Below are positions 8,641 through 15,859 of a stretch of DNA of 64,000 nt, piece after piece. Position numbers and translations under genes: made by a program. Within the stretch, counting starts at the first letter, position 1, and each line of letters starts with the position of its first letter. The notes below the pieces were generated by a model. That model was not told the DNA's origin, ran no database searches, and was given only the letters and a program-made list of their open reading frames with translations. The stretch is from Bdellovibrionota bacterium (lineage in GTDB: Bacteria > Bdellovibrionota > Bdellovibrionia > Bdellovibrionales > JAEYZS01): positions 85,464 through 149,463 of the forward strand of contig JAZKEU010000017.1 in the NCBI GenBank assembly GCA_040386775.1. The letters run 5' to 3'.

Positions 8641-8970
8641 TCACAGCTCTTTACCTGTTCTTCTTGGGCGTCGACGTTGTCTGTAATACTTTTCTATTTC
8701 TTTAGAGCTAAGTAAGCCCAGAGCTTTTTCAAGTAGAGTTAATAATTCTTTTTTAAAAGAATACCTAGGATTAATTTGAAACATTTTGCTGTTACCGGCA
8801 AAGCGAGCAACTAGTATCCCTCCTTTTTCCAGTCTCAGTATTTGTTTTCTGACTTGAGACTTTGAAATACCAAATGTGTCAGCTATACCTGAAATATGAC
8901 CTTCGCCATAATTAGCTATATATAAAAGAACTTTTTCGGCTGTTGAATTTCCCACTAAGCTTTCAATCAT
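8641..8970 (-). CDS. Winged-helix (ArsR/MarR-like) DNA-binding protein, probable antitoxin-like regulator
   Basis: 109 aa. AEKVLLYIANYGEGHISGIADTFGISKSQVRKQILRLEKGGILV is a wHTH, followed by a basic tail RQRRRPRRTGKEL. Confidence 0.75.
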   Translation of the reverse strand: MIESLVGNSTAEKVLLYIANYGEGHISGIADTFGISKSQVRKQILRLEKGGILVARFAGNSKMFQINPRYSFKKELLTLLEKALGLLSSKEIEKYYRQRRRPRRTGKEL

Positions 8971-8990
8971 ATAAACCTTCAGTATCTAAA

Positions 8991-9018
8991 GTAGAACGAT
9001 CGTACTACTAAATAGTAC
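8991..9018. promoter_or_regulatory. Overlapping imperfect palindromes upstream of the wHTH gene (candidate operator)
   Basis: GTAGAACGATCGTACTAC (18-bp palindrome with 2 mismatches) overlaps GTACTA-ctaaa-TAGTAC. Both lie 20-50 bp upstream of the start at 8970. Confidence 0.3.
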
Positions 9019-9084
9019 ATTATAAAATCGGTAGTTTAAATGAGTTTCTTAAGCAGTTAGAGAATCATGGAATAGTAAGATCGA

Positions 9085-9155
9085 TTTTAGGCAAAAAAAA
9101 AGCCAACCAGGAGGGGATCTCGGTCGGCTTTTCTAAATCGTGGGGCGATTTAAAG
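9085..9155 (+). repeat. Direct repeat copy 2 (about 71 bp)
   Basis: TTTTAGGCAAAAAAAAAGCCAACCAGGAGGGGATCTCGGTCGGCTTTTCTAAATCGTGGGGCGATTTAAAG, near-identical to 8421-8490. Confidence 0.85.
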
Positions 9156-9485
9156 AGGGGTAACTGATTTCTATATATAGCAACCTTCGTGCCATCTACA
9201 ACAATTCTGCAACTATTTTTAAAATATCATGTAAAATCAAATATTTATCCTAACGATTTCCTAACTATTTAGAGATATGCTTTAATTAGCTTTTTGGTTC
9301 CAATTTGGGTATGAGTTTTTGGTTTTACATAACATTGTGAGCTACAGAAAAACAAAAACTTTAGTGATTCTAGTAAATTCGAGGCTTAACATATCCTAAG
9401 TGCCATCGTGAGACCTAAAACCAAACTAGACCCACCGTGAACCCGATGAATAACGGTAAAAGGTGCACCTAAAAGGATATCATCT

Positions 9486-10829
9486 ATGAGAATTCTGCTT
9501 ACTGTATTATTCCTATTCTCCTTCCCAGCTCTTGCTGCCGAAGGACTCTCAAGTTTAAAATTTGAGGTCGAAAAATACCAACTGCCAAATGGCTTAACGG
9601 TGCTTCTTCACGAAGATCACTCTGTTCCTCTTGTGAGTTATCATACTTGGTTCCGTGTGGGCTCTAAGGATGAAGAATTAGGATACACCGGAATTGCGCA
9701 TCTCTTTGAGCACATGATGTTTAAAGGAACGCAAAAATATTCCAACAAAGATTACGAAAGAACACTGAGAGAAAATGGGGCATCCAATAACGCCTTCACA
9801 TCTCGTGATTACACGGGTTACTACGTGAATGGACCAAGTTCAAAATTAGAAACCATTATGGATTTAGAGTCCGATAGAATTGAACATCTCAATCTAACTC
9901 AAGCCAATTTGGATTCGGAAAGAGAAGTTGTAAAAGAAGAGAGACGTTTCCGTGTAGAAAATCGAGTGATGGGTTTGCTTATGGAAAAAATCAACGATGT
10001 GGTTTACAAAGTTCATTCCTATAGATGGCCCGTGATTGGCTACATGAAGGATCTTGGAAATATCACAGTAGAAAAAGCTCAAAGCTTTTATAAAACTTTT
10101 TATTCTCCTAATAATGCAGTCTTGGTGATCGCTGGAGATTTCAATTCTGGAAAAGTTAAAAAATTAATCGAAAAGTATTACGGACATATGAAGTCTCAAG
10201 ATATCAAGAGACCAAAGGTGAATCCAGAGCCTCCGCAAAAATCGATTAGAAATGAAGTGTTCTATAAAGACATTCAAAATGATTATTTAAGTATTTCATT
10301 CCCAGTGCCAAGTGCATTGTCGTTGGAACTGGCTCCGCTTGAATTGGCTTCGCATATTTTGGGTGAAGGGAACTCAAGCCGTCTCCACTCAAAACTTGTC
10401 TATAAGCAGGAGATTGCGACATCTGTGATGACATACATCATGAGCAATCAAGAATCCTCGGTGTTTCAAATTATCGTTGCCCTAAAGCCTCAGAAATCTA
10501 AAGCCCAAGCAGATAAAATTCTAGAGCAAGCTAAAAAAGAAATTTACTCTGAACTTTTCAACTTAAGAAATAAATCTGTTTCATTAGACGAAGTTTCTAA
10601 AGCGCAAAACCAAGCGGCGAAGTCTTTCATTGATGCTCTTAAAACTATCGATGGAAGAGCTTATTCTTTGGCCTCCAATGAAATCGTTGTGGGATCTTAT
10701 GAGAAACTCTTTACTGATCTTGAAAATTACATGCGCGTCAAGCCTGCGGAAATCAAAGGTGTATCAGAAAAATATCTAAAAAACACTCAAGCTAACGTTG
10801 TTGTTGCAAGACCGGAGAGATTCAAATGA
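9486..10829 (+). CDS. M16 (pitrilysin) family zinc peptidase, active subunit
   Basis: Signal peptide. Inverted zincin motif HLFEHMMFKGT (HxxEH). 447 aa. Confidence 0.9.
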   Translation: MRILLTVLFLFSFPALAAEGLSSLKFEVEKYQLPNGLTVLLHEDHSVPLVSYHTWFRVGSKDEELGYTGIAHLFEHMMFKGTQKYSNKDYERTLRENGASNNAFTSRDYTGYYVNGPSSKLETIMDLESDRIEHLNLTQANLDSEREVVKEERRFRVENRVMGLLMEKINDVVYKVHSYRWPVIGYMKDLGNITVEKAQSFYKTFYSPNNAVLVIAGDFNSGKVKKLIEKYYGHMKSQDIKRPKVNPEPPQKSIRNEVFYKDIQNDYLSISFPVPSALSLELAPLELASHILGEGNSSRLHSKLVYKQEIATSVMTYIMSNQESSVFQIIVALKPQKSKAQADKILEQAKKEIYSELFNLRNKSVSLDEVSKAQNQAAKSFIDALKTIDGRAYSLASNEIVVGSYEKLFTDLENYMRVKPAEIKGVSEKYLKNTQANVVVARPERFK

Positions 10830-12232
10830 TCACTAAAATGAGAAAAATATTAAATATTTTATTTGTATTAACATTGATTGTAGCAGCAGTGGGTTGTGCG
10901 ACTTTGGGTTTAAAGTCTAATGGAAGTCTTAAGCCTTATAAAACTTCAAAGTTAGATAATGGTTTAAACATTCTCTATGTGAATGATGAAAAGCTACCAT
11001 ATATTTCGACATCGCTTGTGATCATGAGTGGTTTTGCAGCGGACCCAAAAGATCAAACGGGATTAACGGCAGCAGCACTTGAACTTTTGAATAAAGGAAC
11101 GCTCACGAAATCCGCAGAACAAATCGCAGCAGAGATTGAACAGATGGGCGCAGAATACGATGCTAACATTACAGCAGACTACTCTATGATCTCTCTGGAT
11201 GGATTGGCTTGGCAGGAAGATAAGATTCTATCTATTTTATCTGAGCTTATCCTAAAACCAAAATTTGATGATCAAGAGATTAATCGCTACAAATCAAGAA
11301 CGCTTGCGGTAGTTCAACAACGCTTGGATCAAGTGTCTTATTTGGCCTCAGAAATTTTTGAGAGTTTCTATTACAAGAATCATCCCTATGGCCATAGAGA
11401 TATCGGCACCATGGCCGATATCAAAAAATTAAATAAAACTTCAATTCAAAATCAATTTGGAATGATTGCTAGACCGAACAACACTTGGCTTGTGGTTGTT
11501 GGAAAATATTCTGGTGACATAGAAGATAGAATTGAAAAATATTTTGGTGGTTGGAAGAATCAAGCTGTTGCGCAAACACAGTATCCTGCCATTGAGGCTT
11601 TTCAAGGCAGAAAGATTCTCCTTGTAAATAAGCCTGATGCAGCTCAGGCAGAAATTCGTATTGGACACAAAGGAACTGACAGAAGAGATCCTGCGCACGT
11701 TGCAACGACAATTGCGAACTCCATATTGGGTCAAGGTTTCACCAGCCGTCTTGTGGATCGCATCCGTGATCAATTGGGCCTCACTTACAGCATCAGCAGC
11801 TCTACTGATTTTAGACTCCAAGGGAGTGTATTTGAAATCCGCACCTTCACTCAAAGCCCAAAAGTAGGACAAACTATTTCTGAGGTCTTGAAAGTGTATG
11901 ATGATTTCCATAAAAATGGAATTACAGACACGGAGTTGAAAACTGCGCAAAAATACATGATCGGAGTATTCCCAAGTCTCGTGGAAACAGCCGAGAAGAC
12001 CGCATATAATTTGATTATCTTAAGAATCTTTGGCGTAGCAGATGACTATCTTTTAGATTACCAAAAGAACATCGCAAAAGCGACATTGGCAGAAGTGAAT
12101 AGCTCGATCCAAAAAAATTACGACCCTAGCAATTTAAAAGTAGTGATCGTAGCTCCTAAAGATAAAGTTCTCTCGCAATTGAAGAGCCTAGGAGAAGTAG
12201 AAGTCGTCGAAGCCTCAACATTCTTAAAATAA
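10826..12232 (+). CDS. M16 family peptidase-like lipoprotein (non-catalytic partner)
   Basis: 4-nt overlap with the upstream M16 gene. Lipobox AAVGCA. M16 N- and C-domain length and pattern, but no HxxEH motif. Confidence 0.85.
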   Translation: MITKMRKILNILFVLTLIVAAVGCATLGLKSNGSLKPYKTSKLDNGLNILYVNDEKLPYISTSLVIMSGFAADPKDQTGLTAAALELLNKGTLTKSAEQIAAEIEQMGAEYDANITADYSMISLDGLAWQEDKILSILSELILKPKFDDQEINRYKSRTLAVVQQRLDQVSYLASEIFESFYYKNHPYGHRDIGTMADIKKLNKTSIQNQFGMIARPNNTWLVVVGKYSGDIEDRIEKYFGGWKNQAVAQTQYPAIEAFQGRKILLVNKPDAAQAEIRIGHKGTDRRDPAHVATTIANSILGQGFTSRLVDRIRDQLGLTYSISSSTDFRLQGSVFEIRTFTQSPKVGQTISEVLKVYDDFHKNGITDTELKTAQKYMIGVFPSLVETAEKTAYNLIILRIFGVADDYLLDYQKNIAKATLAEVNSSIQKNYDPSNLKVVIVAPKDKVLSQLKSLGEVEVVEASTFLK

Positions 12233-12237
12233 AAAAA

Positions 12238-12262
12238 GGGACGGAAAATTAAATTCCGTCCC
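12238..12262. terminator. Bidirectional intrinsic terminator between convergent genes
   Basis: GGGACGGAA-aattaaa-TTCCGTCCC, flanked by an A7 run on the left and TCGATTTT on the right. Confidence 0.6.
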
Positions 12263-12297
12263 TCGATTTTAAATGCCTTATTTGTCAGGATATCTGT

Positions 12298-12582
12298 CTA
12301 GTTGGAAGAGCAACTGTCTTCGTGGTACTGTATACAATCTCCATTGTCTCTACGGACTCTACAGTTTTCTACGCAAATAGGATTTATTCCGCAATAATCA
12401 GAATGATATTGTATGCAACTTCCATCATCTCTACGAACTCGGCACCAGGGCACGCATGTTGTAGGCGTATTCTCTTGGTCAGATGTACAGGAATGTCTTT
12501 CGCCATGGCTATAGTCGTAATAATCATGAGCTTGAATATTTAATGTAGAAAAAATGATCATAAAAAATAAAGTTATCTTCAT
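12298..12582 (-). CDS. Small secreted cysteine-rich protein with an internal tandem duplication
   Basis: The ATG at 12582 follows AAGGA with 7-nt spacing. Signal peptide MKITLFFMIIFSTLNIQA. The mature part contains two copies of C-x3-C-RVRRD(D/N)G-x-C-IQYH-x-D-x-C. The track ORF (to 12648) adds an unlikely N-terminal extension. Confidence 0.6.
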   Translation of the reverse strand: MKITLFFMIIFSTLNIQAHDYYDYSHGERHSCTSDQENTPTTCVPWCRVRRDDGSCIQYHSDYCGINPICVENCRVRRDNGDCIQYHEDSCSSN

Positions 12583-12638
12583 TTTGTTTTCCTTTTTGTT
12601 ATCGCAAATGTTAATTTCAAGATTTATCAGATCAAATC

Positions 12639-13217
12639 TTAGTCCCAAAATATTTCTGACTTCAATTTCTTAGTAGCCGGCAGGCAATACATAGTAGCCT
12701 CATATCCACCTTCAAAAAAGACATCATCATTAGATCTTTTGCTGTCGATACTCCAATGAAGCAGAAGGTTATCTTTTCCTGCTTTTCTGATTCGCAAACT
12801 AAACTTATCGGCTTTCTTAATATATGCTTCTGGCATCTTAGGGAAAGTATCAGATCCAAGAATCTCTCCATCTAGATCAGAAACTCTTTCAATCGGAACA
12901 ACTGTAGGCCAGCCGTAACTTCTGTCAGCACCATCACCCAGGTCCTTAGACGGTTTCGTGTACAGGGTATATAAGTCGTTGAAGCTCTCAAACCGTACTA
13001 TAAAATTTCTGATAAACATAATTTGATCTTCATTGACTGAGCAATACCAAAGCTTGCCAGCTTTAAGATCCTTAGTGTTATTGACGGCTATCGAGGTTTT
13101 AAAAATATAGGGGATAAGTTCACTTGGCGGAAGAGATTGCGTAGGCTCGGCCAAAGCGCTTAACGAAACTGTAAATAACCCTAAGAACATCGCTATAGAA
13201 CGACATATTTTCAACAT
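12639..13217 (-). CDS. Hypothetical secreted protein
   Basis: 192-aa ORF with a signal peptide (IAMFLGLFTVSLSALAEP). No family recognised. Confidence 0.55.
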   Translation of the reverse strand: MLKICRSIAMFLGLFTVSLSALAEPTQSLPPSELIPYIFKTSIAVNNTKDLKAGKLWYCSVNEDQIMFIRNFIVRFESFNDLYTLYTKPSKDLGDGADRSYGWPTVVPIERVSDLDGEILGSDTFPKMPEAYIKKADKFSLRIRKAGKDNLLLHWSIDSKRSNDDVFFEGGYEATMYCLPATKKLKSEIFWD

Positions 13218-13320
13218 AAAATCTCCTTAACTGAAAAGCTTTGTTCAATGACAAAGATGGTTTGTAGAATGAGCATATTAACAAATTACGTTGAAAAAAT
13301 AAAATTTTTGACAGAGATAG

Positions 13321-13373
13321 TGTGGCAAGATCTTTGCCACGAGAGGATTTTATATGTGGCGAAGTATGCCACA
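13321..13373. promoter_or_regulatory. Two TGTGGC/GCCAC(A) inverted-repeat sites (candidate operator or sigma-54-like -24/-12 element)
   Basis: TGTGGC-aagatcttt-GCCACg at 13321-13341 (N9 spacer) and TGTGGC-gaagtat-GCCACA at 13355-13373. They lie about 105-155 bp upstream of the start at 13217. Read on the minus strand, the first site gives TGGCAA-N5-TTGC with GG/GC spacing as in sigma-54 promoters. Confidence 0.4.
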
Positions 13374-13379
13374 GGAGTA

Positions 13380-14075
13380 TTATTTAAAGTTGATAGCGCG
13401 TTTTGTTTCTTGGCAAAGCTCACGAATATCTTTGTAACAAGTTTGAATGCAAGAATCCGCGTGTTTATTTATTTGCGAGATAACGCTATTTATTTCTGGA
13501 TCTTCGAATTTTTGTTGAGCAACTAATTCATGAAACTGACTCATGCTTTGAGAGAGGAAATTTTGATTTTCCTGGCATATTGCATATTCAGCACTCTCGC
13601 TCCCTTGAGCTATACCTAGAATACGCTTTGCTAGGCCTCTAGAATAATAAAAATTTGTATCGTCATAAGTGGGAGACCACCACAGTAATTCGTGAATGGC
13701 GTATTTTATTTTTCCTTCTTGATCGAGCGATGTCCATCCTCTTGCTTTGTTAGGATCGCAGTAAAGTTCTAGTCTATTTTTCTTTGGATGACTGCAGGCA
13801 ATTGGATTGTCAGTGTTTGGACACTTCTCGATTGGTTTTTCTTTTACGACGATCACAAAGTCCGGATTCCTTGACGGCTCTGCTACATTGAAAGCCTCTA
13901 GTAAGATTCTTAGATCTGTCGGTGTGGTGTTGTGCGAAGGTGCAGAAGATATCCAGGCCAAGGTATTCATAAAATCTTCTTTGCATGGATGGCCACCGCC
14001 GCCTCCCTCGTTAGCGCGATTTGCAAATGCAAATGATGTAGATAAACAAATAGCGATAAATATTATTTTTTTCAT
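13380..14075 (-). CDS. Secreted protein of unknown function (polyGly ... HE motif family)
   Basis: Signal peptide, then NEGGGGGH, and later QEGKIKYAIHELLWW. This parallels the 7135-8400 lipoprotein. 4-nt overlap with the upstream TIGR02147 gene. Confidence 0.65.
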   Translation of the reverse strand: MKKIIFIAICLSTSFAFANRANEGGGGGHPCKEDFMNTLAWISSAPSHNTTPTDLRILLEAFNVAEPSRNPDFVIVVKEKPIEKCPNTDNPIACSHPKKNRLELYCDPNKARGWTSLDQEGKIKYAIHELLWWSPTYDDTNFYYSRGLAKRILGIAQGSESAEYAICQENQNFLSQSMSQFHELVAQQKFEDPEINSVISQINKHADSCIQTCYKDIRELCQETKRAINFK

Positions 14076-14836
14076 GCAGGTTCTCTTTTTTCTAAAGACG
14101 TTACTGGATAAAGTTGTACAGCCAGATGGAAAACAGCATCGCCGTCACCATCTTCCATAAAAGCCGCTAATTCACGGCGGAATTTCTTAATTACATCTTT
14201 TACTTCAATTAATTTCTTGGAGTTCCCAGCAATAGTCATAGAAGTAATATCTTTTAAATCTTGTGGGCAGCCATCAATTGCGTGTAAAGATTTTTCTACA
14301 ATTTGTCTTTGGTATTCTTTATGAGCAGCGGAAGTGTCGCCTTCTTTATAATTTGAAAAACTCATTTGAGTTTTTACCAATTTGCTATCTTGTTCTGCTA
14401 AAAGCTCCAAGCGTTTTAAGCGATCTATAGCTATTGAAACTTCGGTCACGGAAATTCCTAACTGTTGTGCAATCCAAGACGGGTTGCTATCAAAGTTTTT
14501 TAATAATGTTAAATCCAAAATGGCGAAGTGATACCAATCAGATATTGCTGCAAATAAATCTTTGCTCAAGAGAGAGTATTTTTTCCCCATACTCTGTTGC
14601 AAATTTTCCGAATCAAAAACAAATGCCATTCCGATTTTACTCTCGATTTTTTCTAACATTGATTGTGATACTTTTCGCTTACCAGACAACATTTGTGAAA
14701 CTGTAGATGGGTCAAGTGCCAAACTTTTTGCGAAAGCTCTTAAAGAATAGCGAGAGTTCACTCTGCAGCGACGTGTGAATTCTTCTTGTAACCAAATTTT
14801 AAAATAACTAAGTTCGATAGGGCTTAAGTTTTTCAT
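14072..14836 (-). CDS. TIGR02147-family HTH protein (DUF4423-type), paralogue 2
   Basis: SYFKIWLQEEFTRRCRVNSRYSLRAFAKSLALDPSTVSQMLSGKRKVS matches the family signature. 254 aa. Confidence 0.8.
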   Translation of the reverse strand: MKNLSPIELSYFKIWLQEEFTRRCRVNSRYSLRAFAKSLALDPSTVSQMLSGKRKVSQSMLEKIESKIGMAFVFDSENLQQSMGKKYSLLSKDLFAAISDWYHFAILDLTLLKNFDSNPSWIAQQLGISVTEVSIAIDRLKRLELLAEQDSKLVKTQMSFSNYKEGDTSAAHKEYQRQIVEKSLHAIDGCPQDLKDITSMTIAGNSKKLIEVKDVIKKFRRELAAFMEDGDGDAVFHLAVQLYPVTSLEKREPA

Positions 14837-14883
14837 AGTGCTGCGCAGTATGAATGATTCGGCCTTTTATTTAAAGAAAAAAA

Positions 14884-14916
14884 GCCACAATGTGTGGCAT
14901 GAGACATGCCACACAT
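14884..14916. promoter_or_regulatory. GCCACA-atg-TGTGGC-atgagacat-GCCACA composite palindrome (candidate operator)
   Basis: ATGTGTGGCAT-gagac-ATGCCACACAT is a perfect 11-bp inverted repeat. It contains TGTGGC-N9-GCCACA, the same half-sites and spacing as at 13321-13341. It lies 50-80 bp upstream of the TIGR02147 start at 14836. Confidence 0.45.
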
Positions 14917-15024
14917 TTAAAATGCTGATTTTATTTAAATATTTAAAAATTAGATTCAGGTATTTTTTCCATGAACAGGATCAATACAGTCAAGATCAAC
15001 TCACTAAAGACTTACAAGGAGTTC

Positions 15025-15747
15025 TTACTGTTTTTTCTTACGTTGTTTGAGAAAAAAGTAGAGTCCTACGGCGATGAGGATGATTCCTAATCCGAAAATC
15101 TTTTCTTTCATTCCAGAGGCGCCTCCCTGTTCGTCGGGATATTCTAAGCCCTCATCCACCAGCATATCGCCTGGGAATGCGCCACCGATTGGCGCACCCA
15201 AAGATTCTGAGCCTGGTCTAATGGGAGCTAAGCCAGTGCCGATTTTATTGGGAGCATTCACTTTCAAACTTAAGATGGCTTTAAAGAAATCATTACTGAA
15301 TTTGGTATAAACTTTTTTGTGTGCACTGAAGGTGACAAGGACTGCGATGCTTTGTTTTGTCGTTGCTAAGTATCTCGTGTAGTAAGTTGAGATTTCGCTA
15401 CCGAGTTGTAGACCGTCAATCCAATCATGATCATTGATTTTGCGAGTCTTAACGCCTTTCAGTTGAGAGGGAATTGGTTTTCCTCCCGGGCCAGGGATGG
15501 ATTTTAATTGTTTAAGGTAGGCGTCGTAGTGTTGAAGAGAGTCGGTGGGTCCAACCTCTTTTGCAGTTAAAATAATGATCGCAGTTTGTGCATCAGATTT
15601 TTGTTCTGATCTGCAAATCCATTCTGTTGCTTCAGATTGGCAATCCCATTTTGCGGGTAATTCGAAACTCACGTATGAGTTTGAAAAAAGTTTTGCGTGA
15701 GAATTTAAAGAAAAGAATACGATGAATAAAACGAAGATGTGTTTCAT
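15025..15747 (-). CDS. Hypothetical secreted protein with a C-terminal membrane anchor
   Basis: Signal peptide (FVLFIVFFSLNSHA) and a C-terminal TM followed by a basic tail (IFGLGIILIAVGLYFFLKQRKKKQ). Confidence 0.6.
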   Translation of the reverse strand: MKHIFVLFIVFFSLNSHAKLFSNSYVSFELPAKWDCQSEATEWICRSEQKSDAQTAIIILTAKEVGPTDSLQHYDAYLKQLKSIPGPGGKPIPSQLKGVKTRKINDHDWIDGLQLGSEISTYYTRYLATTKQSIAVLVTFSAHKKVYTKFSNDFFKAILSLKVNAPNKIGTGLAPIRPGSESLGAPIGGAFPGDMLVDEGLEYPDEQGGASGMKEKIFGLGIILIAVGLYFFLKQRKKKQ

Positions 15748-15831
15748 TGCTATATTCTGTCAAAAACAAATGAGTCTGTTAATAGTTATAGTGATTTGTG
15801 ACGGGAAACATATGACCTAGGTCGTGAGAAG

Positions 15832-15851
15832 GGGGATCGAAATCGATCCCC
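15832..15851 (-). terminator. Hairpin downstream of the S8 protease gene
   Basis: Perfect GGGGATCGA-aa-TCGATCCCC stem 9 bp past the stop. There is only a weak U-run on the minus strand. Confidence 0.3.
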
Positions 15852-15859
15852 GGAGTCAT

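Noticed and set aside
11441-11950. Long antisense or alternate-frame ORFs inside confident genes: 11441-11950 (169 aa), 53975-54448 (157 aa), 38811-39242 (143 aa), 41618-41989 (123 aa), 57446-57850 (134 aa), 24432-24770 (112 aa)
   Set aside because: Each lies within a gene that carries clear family motifs (M16, SLC13, MutS2, Lnt, FAD oxidoreductase/RND, FecR-like). None has a recognisable motif or a start context.
13248-13526. ORF-track ORF (92 aa, + strand) spanning the 13218-13379 intergenic gap
   Set aside because: It overlaps the 3' end of the well-supported minus-strand gene 13380-14075. It has no ribosome-binding site and reads through the palindromic TGTGGC/GCCACA sites. It is most likely spurious.
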